Positions 36,363-43,994 of a stretch of 64,000 nt of DNA are shown piece after piece (the first letter of the stretch is position 1; every line of letters begins with the position of its first letter). A program made the position numbers and the translations under genes. The stretch lies in the NCBI GenBank assembly GCA_023139105.1, contig JAGLOF010000016.1, forward strand, positions 959-64,958, written 5' to 3'. Origin of the DNA: a bacterium (GTDB taxonomy: Bacteria; Zhuqueibacterota; QNDG01; JAGLOF01). The notes under the pieces are model-generated. The model was not told the DNA's origin and did no database searches. It was given only the letters and a program-made list of their open reading frames with translations.

Positions 36363-37742
36363 ATGAAACGAAATTATATGATCCCTGCTATACTAATCAT
36401 ACTCTCTTTCTGCTTTGCACCGCTTGTGTCTGCCCCTGCACCACAAGATCTACAGACAGTGATACAAGATGTAAATATTGATTCTTTGATGCTCTATGTA
36501 GCTCATTTAAGTGGTCATACTACATACATGAATAACGGTGTTGCAGATACCATACTCACGCGATATAGTTATAGTCCTGAAATAATTAAGGCCAAAGACT
36601 ACCTGGTGAATCGCCTGGAACAATGTGGATATACAGTAGATCTACATGAATTCAGTTTAACCGGCAAGGCTAATCCCTCAGAGACAGGCGAAATGTGCCA
36701 GGGCTGGCCGCCAATAAATTCTGACTACCATGAGGAAAACACGGGCGCATTATATAAAACTGCGCTTGTTTTGGACAACATTATCGCTGAAAAGATTGGC
36801 ACAACATACCCGGAGCAATACTACTATTTCATCGCACATTATGATTCTCGTGCTGAAAATCACACCAATGGGATGCTCTACGCACCCGGAGCAGATGACA
36901 ATGCCAGCGGTACGGCCACTGTACTGGAAGCTGCCAGACTATTGGCCGAGTCCGACATACTCTATTCAATAAAATTTATTCTCTTTTCAGGGGAAGAGCA
37001 AGGGCTATGGGGCAGTAAAGCATATGCCGCATGGGCCAGAGATAATAATGAAGATATCATGGCTGTAATAAATATTGACATGATCGCCTACAACATAATC
37101 AGCGATAATTTTGTTAATTGTCAACTACATGCCGGTTACTATAACTCCTCTTTTGAACTGGCCGAAAAGATGAGCCAGAACATCCATTCATGGAGTATAG
37201 ATCTAGGCTCCATAATTCTCACAGATGACGCTGCATCAGACAGGAGCGACCACGCCCCGTTTTGGGACATCGGCAAGACGGCTGTCTTTGTCTCCGAAGA
37301 CTGGCAGTGGAGCTATAATCCCAACTATCATACGGTGAGAGACGAGTACTCTACTTTAAATCCTTCATACTTCCATAAAAATGCACAACTTTGTATTGGA
37401 ACGCTCTACCAACTTGCTACATCCAGTCCTCAAACCGGTGTACGCTCTACTCTTAAGCCTTCGGCATCATTCTCCCTTGATGAACCATATCCCAATCCTT
37501 TTAATCCGCAAGTGAATATTTCCTGGACCAAGACAGGCAATTCCCGTGTTGAGATTAGAATATATGATATTTTAGGAAGGCTTATAAAAAAACTGGAAAG
37601 TGACTCCGGAGAATCAGGAATAAGCAACACAACCTGGAATGGCATAGGCGGAGATGGCGTAGATGCAGCATCCGGAATTTACTTTGTAAAAGCGACATCA
37701 GATGGTTACACACAGATCAAAAAAATATTGCTAAATCGATAA
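36363..37742 (+). CDS. secreted M28-family aminopeptidase with T9SS-type/FlgD-Ig-like C-terminal domain
   Basis: Signal peptide MKRNYMIPAILIILSFCFAPLVSA, M28 metal-ligand region (HYDS...GADDNASG...EEQGLWGS), and a C-terminus (YPNPFNP...IRIYDILGRLIK....SG.YFVK). The ATG at 36363 is preferred because the ORF-track start reads through array A5. Confidence 0.8.
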   Translation: MKRNYMIPAILIILSFCFAPLVSAPAPQDLQTVIQDVNIDSLMLYVAHLSGHTTYMNNGVADTILTRYSYSPEIIKAKDYLVNRLEQCGYTVDLHEFSLTGKANPSETGEMCQGWPPINSDYHEENTGALYKTALVLDNIIAEKIGTTYPEQYYYFIAHYDSRAENHTNGMLYAPGADDNASGTATVLEAARLLAESDILYSIKFILFSGEEQGLWGSKAYAAWARDNNEDIMAVINIDMIAYNIISDNFVNCQLHAGYYNSSFELAEKMSQNIHSWSIDLGSIILTDDAASDRSDHAPFWDIGKTAVFVSEDWQWSYNPNYHTVRDEYSTLNPSYFHKNAQLCIGTLYQLATSSPQTGVRSTLKPSASFSLDEPYPNPFNPQVNISWTKTGNSRVEIRIYDILGRLIKKLESDSGESGISNTTWNGIGGDGVDAASGIYFVKATSDGYTQIKKILLNR

Positions 37743-37888
37743 TAAATAAACGACCAAACCCCGGAGAGGCTTATTAAGTAGCTATTTCTCTCATTTTGCC
37801 CGAAAGGTATTTTAGTGCCAATAGTATTGATTCTCAAATTAAGTTCGATACATCACCATATGAGGATACTAGCTCCCCCTTTTTTTTA

Positions 37889-38099
37889 AAGGGGGTTGGG
37901 GGGATTTACTAATACTCCACTATAATTAACATAATAGAAACAAAGCATGCAGATTCAGAATCAATATGCCAAATGCAGAACGGAAGCTCTGGTCAGTTAT
38001 CCGTAAAAACAACTGTGCGGTTATCAGTTTCTCACACTAAACTTGATTGACTGGAATGTTGTTGCAAGTCTGATGATATGAAATCCCCCCAGCCCCCTT
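37889..38099. mobile_element. inverted-repeat-bounded remnant carrying a DUF559 stub
   Basis: AAGGGGGTTGGGGGGATTT (37889-37907) against the reverse complement of AAATCCCCCCAGCCCCCTT (38081-38099) matches at 18/19. Confidence 0.5.
37966..38040 (+). pseudogene. DUF559 (Vsr-like endonuclease) N-terminal stub, 24 codons
   Basis: Hand translation: MPNAERKLWSVIRKNNCAVISFSH*. The AERKLW..IR.. start is typical of DUF559, but the nuclease core is absent. Confidence 0.5.
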
Positions 38100-38251
38100 C
38101 TCAAAGGGAGCCAGATTGTTCGGAGATAATTAGATCTACACTGCTGCTTTTAAAGGTGATTGAGATTATTAATGTTGCAAAAAAGAGTTGACACTGCAGC
38201 ACCATGAAATCTCAATATTTATGCAAAGTATTTTATCGCCGAAGCAATAGC

Positions 38252-38300
38252 TTGTTATTTGGACTTTGCTTTTTGCTTTTTGCTTTTTGTTATTTGGAAT
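38252..38300. repeat. 7-bp tandem array A6 (TTGTTAT TTGGACT TTGCTTT x3 TTGTTAT TTGGAAT)
   Basis: G recurs every 7 nt from 38254 to 38296. The array ends 20 nt before the DUF58 ATG. Confidence 0.95.
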
Positions 38301-38319
38301 TTAAAAATTTGAGTCTATC

Positions 38320-39222
38320 ATGATCACTTCAGAGACAAAAAACTGGCTTAAACCCGAGACACTCAGCAAGCTGTCAGGATTAGATCTGATTGCCAGGCGT
38401 GTTGTAGAAGGATACATTACAGGCCTGCATAAAAGTCCATACCATGGATTTTCCGCTGAGTTCTCCGAGCATCACCCTTATCACCCTGGTGCACCTCTGA
38501 AAAGCATTGACTGGCGCGTACTTGGCAGAACCGAGAGATATTACATTAAATCCTATGAAGAAGAGACAAATTGCCGAGCAATGCTGATTATGGATACATC
38601 CGCTTCAATGGGATATTCTTCCGGCGCAATATCCAAGCAGTTATACGCCACATACCTTGCCGCAGCATTAGCCTTTCTACTCCTCAAACAGCGTGATGCT
38701 ACAGGTCTTGCCCTGGTTGATTCAGAGCTGCGGACACTTATCAGACCCCGATCGGTCATGAGCCATCTGAGTACACTTCTTACGCCACTTTCAAAACTGG
38801 AATCCCGGGGGAAAACCAGACTTGCGCCAGTGCTGAATAAATTGGCAGAACGTCTTAAAAGACGTACATTGATCTGTCTTTTTTCAGATTTGATGGATAG
38901 TGACAAAGAAGTAATTACTGCATTGAAAAATTTCCGTATCCGCGGGCACGAATTACTGGTCTTTCATATTCTGGATCCCATGGAGATCAATATGCAGCTC
39001 AAGCGGGATGCCATATTAATAGACATGGAGACAGACAAACGACTACCTGTCGATACACGTCACATAGCCCGAACCTATGCAGATCAGGTAGATGCATGGA
39101 CGCAAAAATTGAGACACTCCTGCCTCAATATGCAGGTGGATTATATCCGTTTAAGTACAGATACACCATATGACCAGGCCCTGTCCGCCTTTCTGGCAAA
39201 ACGTAAAAAATCCGGAGCCTAA
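38320..39222 (+). CDS. DUF58-domain protein (MoxR-associated, vWA-like)
   Basis: SPYHGFSAEFSEHHPYHPG...IDWRV..R......K.YEEE is the DUF58 signature. Confidence 0.85.
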   Translation: MITSETKNWLKPETLSKLSGLDLIARRVVEGYITGLHKSPYHGFSAEFSEHHPYHPGAPLKSIDWRVLGRTERYYIKSYEEETNCRAMLIMDTSASMGYSSGAISKQLYATYLAAALAFLLLKQRDATGLALVDSELRTLIRPRSVMSHLSTLLTPLSKLESRGKTRLAPVLNKLAERLKRRTLICLFSDLMDSDKEVITALKNFRIRGHELLVFHILDPMEINMQLKRDAILIDMETDKRLPVDTRHIARTYADQVDAWTQKLRHSCLNMQVDYIRLSTDTPYDQALSAFLAKRKKSGA

Positions 39223-39225
39223 ATA

Positions 39226-40785
39226 ATGACAATTTTCTGGATATGGATAATACTGCTGATAATCGGTTTTACAAGTTACTTCAGCATTCTCAAATTCAGG
39301 CATAAAGCCCATTCTCCTTTCCGTATCAGACTCACTATTTTCTTTCTACTTTTTGTGCTGCTACCCTCTATCCCATCGGCATTTCTAATATCTCAGCTTC
39401 TGACACAGAGTGCTGACATACTTATCATGCCGGGCATGGATGAAGCCCTGGATGCGGGCCTGGACGCCATACGACAGCAAGCGGAGACCAGAGGCAGAAT
39501 CTTCTTACAGGACCATGAAGATTCGGGGCAATGGACAGAGACTACTACAGACATTGCCAATCTACATCTGCTTGGGCATTACAGACTGCATTGCGACTCA
39601 GTCTTGACCATGAAAAATATCTGCCTCCCATCACTTGATCTATGGAAGCCGGCACCAGGTCAGATACAGGCCGCATGTTTTGGACATTACAGCCAAATTA
39701 TAGAAAAAGATCAAAAAGGACGGATAGCCGTTTTTCACTGCCTGGGCGACAGCTCTGTAACAGTGGCCATGTATGATGTAGCCTCACCGGTACTCAAGGC
39801 AAAAAATGAGATGACACGAGCTCTGCGTTTTTATGCATCGCTTTCACTTATCAAGGAATCCATGCTGGAGCAGGAAGTGATCTGGGCACTGGCTGTAGCT
39901 GCTATTTTTATATTGGCTATGACTGCTGCCGGTGCCGCTTCAACTATATCGCGTCATATCAGCCGGCCTGTACAGGATCTGGTTGCAGGCATGAACAAAG
40001 TGGCAGAGGGTGATCTATCCATACGTGTACATACACCTGCAAAAGATGAGTTCAGAAGACTGGTAGATGCCTTCAACCAGATGACGGCTGATCTTGCTGA
40101 GGGCCGCATCAAACTTATAAAAGCAGAAAAACTGGCTGCATGGCAGGGCGTAGCCCGCCAAATCTCTCATGAAATAAAGAATAGCCTTACACCTATTGCC
40201 ATCTCAATCAGGCGGCTCAGAGGACACTTTGGTACAGCGGAAATGCCGCTACGTGTAGCAGACAGCCTTCAGATTATTGAAGAAGAACTTAAATCTATGG
40301 AACTGATGGCCGGAGAGTTCAGTGAATTTGCACGCATGCCCAAGGCCAGTAAAACAGAAATAGAGATCAATATAATTATACAAAAAACCTGTGACTTATT
40401 ACGTTCCGGACTGGACGGACGAAGATTAGATCTTAATCTCGACCCTAACCTTCCCAACATAAAAGCCGACAGCGAACAGATCAAAAGAGTATTAAACAAT
40501 CTTATCAAAAATGCAATAGAAGCCACAAAATCAGGTGACATCATTACAATCAGCAGCACACAATCGATGTTGGCTGATAAAAATATACTTATTGAGATTA
40601 CAGACACAGGCATCGGCATGAACAAAGAGACTCTAATGAGAATCTTTGAACCCTACTTTACAAATAAAAAGCGTGGCACAGGGCTGGGTATGGCAATAGT
40701 ACAGCAGATCATTCAGCAGCATAATGGTCATATTGATCTTAGCTCTCAACCTGGTAGCGGCACTCAATTTCAAATACACCTCTAG
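39226..40785 (+). CDS. sensor histidine kinase (TM-HAMP-HisKA-HATPase), no cognate regulator adjacent
   Basis: HAMP region (RPVQDLVAGMNKVAEGDL), H-box SHEIKNSLTPI, N-box LNNLIKNAIEA and G-box GTGLGMAIV. Confidence 0.85.
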   Translation: MTIFWIWIILLIIGFTSYFSILKFRHKAHSPFRIRLTIFFLLFVLLPSIPSAFLISQLLTQSADILIMPGMDEALDAGLDAIRQQAETRGRIFLQDHEDSGQWTETTTDIANLHLLGHYRLHCDSVLTMKNICLPSLDLWKPAPGQIQAACFGHYSQIIEKDQKGRIAVFHCLGDSSVTVAMYDVASPVLKAKNEMTRALRFYASLSLIKESMLEQEVIWALAVAAIFILAMTAAGAASTISRHISRPVQDLVAGMNKVAEGDLSIRVHTPAKDEFRRLVDAFNQMTADLAEGRIKLIKAEKLAAWQGVARQISHEIKNSLTPIAISIRRLRGHFGTAEMPLRVADSLQIIEEELKSMELMAGEFSEFARMPKASKTEIEINIIIQKTCDLLRSGLDGRRLDLNLDPNLPNIKADSEQIKRVLNNLIKNAIEATKSGDIITISSTQSMLADKNILIEITDTGIGMNKETLMRIFEPYFTNKKRGTGLGMAIVQQIIQQHNGHIDLSSQPGSGTQFQIHL

Positions 40786-40787
40786 CA

Positions 40788-40811
40788 GCCTTAAGTCAGA
40801 CAGACTGCTAG
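40788..40811. repeat. 24-nt exact inverted copy of the left terminus of the 51671..51839 element
   Basis: GCCTTAAGTCAGACAGACTGCTAG is the reverse complement of 51671-51694. It is embedded in the hairpin CTAGCAG-N16-CTGCTAG, which overlaps the kinase stop codon (TAG at 40783-40785). Confidence 0.85.
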
Positions 40812-40833
40812 CCAGTACGCTTCTATAAATATC

Positions 40834-40862
40834 TTGACAATACCTATGTTTTTATCTATACT
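40834..40862 (+). promoter_or_regulatory. candidate sigma70-type promoter of the que operon
   Basis: TTGACA (40834-40839), a 17-nt spacer, then TATACT (40857-40862), 40 nt upstream of the queD start. Confidence 0.45.
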
Positions 40863-40902
40863 TAGATTGCTAAAATTAAAATGAAAAAAAGGAGTACATC
40901 TC

Positions 40903-41271
40903 TTGTTTCGCGTCTTTATTGATACACATTTTGCAGCAGCCCATCAGCTTCACGGCTATGACGGCGAATGCCGCGCCCTGCACGGCCACACCTGGAAAGT
41001 CCGTGTGGAAATTGAAACTGAACACCAGGATGAAATCGGTATCAGCTTTGACTTCAAGACATTAAAAGCACATGTAAATTCAATCATCGAAAAGCTGGAT
41101 CACCATAACGTCAACGAAGTCCCTCCATTCGACAAGATAAATCCAACCGCCGAAAATCTGGCCAAATACATATACAACGAAATCGCACGCGTTTTACCGG
41201 ATTATGCAAAACTCTCACAAACTGTGGTCTGGGAATCTGATCATTACGCAGTTTCATATTTTGAAAAATGA
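40903..41271 (+). CDS. queD: 6-carboxy-5,6,7,8-tetrahydropterin synthase
   Basis: FAAAHQL.GY.G.C..LHGHTW.V motif. TTG start with AGGAG upstream. Confidence 0.9.
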   Translation: MFRVFIDTHFAAAHQLHGYDGECRALHGHTWKVRVEIETEHQDEIGISFDFKTLKAHVNSIIEKLDHHNVNEVPPFDKINPTAENLAKYIYNEIARVLPDYAKLSQTVVWESDHYAVSYFEK

Positions 41272-41280
41272 TGAGGTTTT

Positions 41281-41919
41281 TTGCTTAAAGTCAACGAAAT
41301 TTTCTACTCAATCCAGGGTGAATCATCGTATGCCGGACACCCCTGCATCTTCATCCGGTTGACAGGCTGCAATATCCGCTGTAATTATTGTGATACTACA
41401 TATGCCTATGAAAAGGGCAAGCTCTTTTCAATAGAATTAATTCTTGAACACCTGGAACACTATAATTGCGGATTAGTGGAAATTACAGGCGGTGAACCGC
41501 TTATGCAATCGGAAACTTCCGATCTGGCCAGAACTCTGATAGCCTCCGGTTATACGGTTTTAGTTGAATCAAACGGTACGCTGGACATAGGTCTTCTTCC
41601 GCCCGGAACACATGTAATTATGGATATCAAATCTCCCGGCAGCGGCGTTTCGGAAATGATGAACTGGCAGAATATGGACAGGCTCACCGATGACGATGAA
41701 GTAAAATTAGTCTTATCTGACAGGGCTGACTATGAATGGGCACGCTCTATAATATATAAATATGCCCTGCACAAACGTTCTAATACCCTACTCTCTGTAG
41801 TAGCAGGCAGGCTTAATCCTGAAGATCTGGCAGCATGGATACTTGAAGATGAACTTGAAGTTCGACTTCAGTTGCAGATGCATAAAATTCTTTGGCCAAA
41901 TGATGAAAAAGGACGATAA
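41281..41919 (+). CDS. queE: 7-carboxy-7-deazaguanine synthase (radical SAM)
   Basis: IFYSIQGES...G.P..FIRL.GCN..C.YCDT motif. Confidence 0.9.
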   Translation: MLKVNEIFYSIQGESSYAGHPCIFIRLTGCNIRCNYCDTTYAYEKGKLFSIELILEHLEHYNCGLVEITGGEPLMQSETSDLARTLIASGYTVLVESNGTLDIGLLPPGTHVIMDIKSPGSGVSEMMNWQNMDRLTDDDEVKLVLSDRADYEWARSIIYKYALHKRSNTLLSVVAGRLNPEDLAAWILEDELEVRLQLQMHKILWPNDEKGR

Positions 41920-42601
41920 ACAACGCGCCGTCGTGCTGTTGAGCGGCGGCCTGGACTCTGCTACCGTGCTGGCCATGGCCAGAGCCCGGGGGGTAGATTG
42001 CTATGCCCTCAGCTTTCGGTACGGTCAGCGCCACAGCCATGAACTGGCAGCTGCTAAAGTTGTAGCCGAGACCATGGGCGTTAAACGCCACCTCATCCTG
42101 GACCTCGATTTCCGGGCCATGGGTGGCTCAGCACTGACAGCGGATATCGATGTACCCAAGGACAGAGACACAGCCCGGATGGAAGATGAGATCCCCATCA
42201 CCTATGTGCCGGCCCGGAACATTGTGTTCTTGTCGATTGCCCTTGGCTGGGCCGAGACATTGCACGCACGACAGATCCACATCGGCGTCAACGCCATGGA
42301 CTACTCCGGTTACCCGGATTGCCGTCCGGATTTCATAGACGCCTTTCAGGCCATGGCCAACCAGGGTACCAAGGCGGGAGTGGAGGGCCATCCATTTACC
42401 ATTCACACGCCGCTGATGCAGATGACCAAGGCCCGAATCATTGCCGAGGGGATACGCCTGGGCGTGGATTATGCCATGACGCACAGTTGCTATGATCCGG
42501 CCGTCGATGGCCTGGCTTGCGGCTGTTGCGACAGTTGCCTGATCCGGAAAAAAGGCTTTGCCGAAGCCGGCGTGCCTGATCCGACAAAATACATGAAGTG
42601 A
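41900..42601 (+). CDS. queC: 7-cyano-7-deazaguanine synthase
   Basis: [13 protein letters not shown]-loop and a C-terminal zinc cluster C..C..C..R. The ATG at 41900 is preferred. Confidence 0.95.
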   Translation: MMKKDDKQRAVVLLSGGLDSATVLAMARARGVDCYALSFRYGQRHSHELAAAKVVAETMGVKRHLILDLDFRAMGGSALTADIDVPKDRDTARMEDEIPITYVPARNIVFLSIALGWAETLHARQIHIGVNAMDYSGYPDCRPDFIDAFQAMANQGTKAGVEGHPFTIHTPLMQMTKARIIAEGIRLGVDYAMTHSCYDPAVDGLACGCCDSCLIRKKGFAEAGVPDPTKYMK

Positions 42602-42648
42602 AGACCTGTTTAAGTGAATATCGAACAAGAATTAACGATTTTCAAATT

Positions 42649-42720
42649 CACTTTTTAACTTTTAACTTTTAACTTTTAACTTTTAACTTTTAACTTTTAA
42701 CTTTTTACTTTTTACTTATT
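42649..42720. repeat. 7-bp tandem array A7 (AACTTTT, ~10 units)
   Basis: C recurs every 7 nt from 42659 to 42715. The array lies between the queC stop (42601) and the queF ATG (42737). Confidence 0.95.
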
Positions 42721-42736
42721 TCATTTCGAGGCAATT

Positions 42737-43123
42737 ATGACTCAAGAAAAACCCGGAATCCTGGCTATTCGTGAGAATCAGCTCACACCGGTTAAAAACC
42801 ACTATCCTGACAGAGATTACGAAGTCGAGATCACGCTGCCTGAGTTCACCTGCCTCTGCCCCATCTCAGGCTATCCTGACTTTGGCGTGATTCACGTCAA
42901 ATATGTGCCTGACAACTCCATCATCGAGCTCAAGTCTATTAAACTCTACATCAATAAATTCCGCGATGAGGCCCATTTTCATGAAGCCGTGGTAAACAAA
43001 ATAATGGACGACCTCATTGAGGCCATCGATCCACGATGGATACGCGTGATCGGCGACTTCAACCCCCGCGGCAATGTCAAAACCGTGGTGACCGTGGAAC
43101 ACAGGAAAGGTGACACACCGTGA
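42737..43123 (+). CDS. queF: NADPH-dependent 7-cyano-7-deazaguanine reductase (unimodular type)
   Basis: EFTCLCPISGYPDFG and E.KS.KLY motifs. Confidence 0.9.
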   Translation: MTQEKPGILAIRENQLTPVKNHYPDRDYEVEITLPEFTCLCPISGYPDFGVIHVKYVPDNSIIELKSIKLYINKFRDEAHFHEAVVNKIMDDLIEAIDPRWIRVIGDFNPRGNVKTVVTVEHRKGDTP

Positions 43124-43884
43124 TCGATGTCCAGAATCAACCCGACACCCGGAACCTTCCCATCAACCGCGTGGGCGTCAAGGATCTCCGTTACCCCATC
43201 ACGGTGACCGACAGAGCCAACGATGTGCAGCAGACAGTGGCTTCCATCAACATGTATGTAAGCCTGCCCCGGCACTTCAGGGGCACGCACATGAGCCGCT
43301 TCATTGAAATCTTGAACGAAAAGCATCAGACACTGCATATCGACGGCATTGCAGATCTGCTAAAAACGATGAAGCAAAGACTGGAGGCCCATGAGGCTCA
43401 CATGGACGTGAGCTTCCCCTACTTCATCGAGAAGACTGCGCCGATCTCCGGAGCCAAGAGCCTCATGGAATACAAATGCTCCTACAGCGGCATTCTCAGC
43501 GATACGCTCGATTTTATCCTGCGTGTGGATGTGCCCGTAACCAGCCTCTGCCCTTGCTCCAAGGAGCTCTCCGATCGAGGAGCGCATAACCAACGCTCCA
43601 TTGTCTCCATCGCCATCAGATCCAGTGATTTTGTCTGGATTGAAGAATTAGTGGAAATTGCAGAAGCCGCCGCATCCAGCCCGGTCTATTCACTATTGAA
43701 GCGTAGTGATGAAAAAGCCGTAACCGAAGCTGCATATGATAATCCCCGTTTTGTGGAAGACCTGGTGCGTGAAGTAGCTGCCAAATTAAATGCCGACTCC
43801 CGCATCACCTGGTATAAAGTGGAATCCGAAAACTTTGAGTCAATCCATAATCACAGTGCATATGCCGCCATTGAGAAGGTATAA
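43120..43884 (+). CDS. folE2: GTP cyclohydrolase IB (FolE2/MptA family)
   Basis: RGTHMSRF, SLCPCSKE and HNQRS motifs. Confidence 0.9.
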   Translation: MIDVQNQPDTRNLPINRVGVKDLRYPITVTDRANDVQQTVASINMYVSLPRHFRGTHMSRFIEILNEKHQTLHIDGIADLLKTMKQRLEAHEAHMDVSFPYFIEKTAPISGAKSLMEYKCSYSGILSDTLDFILRVDVPVTSLCPCSKELSDRGAHNQRSIVSIAIRSSDFVWIEELVEIAEAAASSPVYSLLKRSDEKAVTEAAYDNPRFVEDLVREVAAKLNADSRITWYKVESENFESIHNHSAYAAIEKV

Positions 43885-43994
43885 TTATAAAACCCTTGCA
43901 ACCTGCTAAGATTCTTTACGTATATTTATAATGAAATCGCCCAAAACGGACTACCTCTCCCAACAGTCTGGTTTTAATGTTTAAGGAGGGACAG

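Noticed and set aside
40786-40902. preQ1 riboswitch upstream of queD (and at 42602-42736 upstream of queF)
   Set aside because: There is no short stem followed by an A-rich tail of the preQ1-I type. The queD leader is only ~40 nt after a good promoter, and the queF spacer is the heptamer array.
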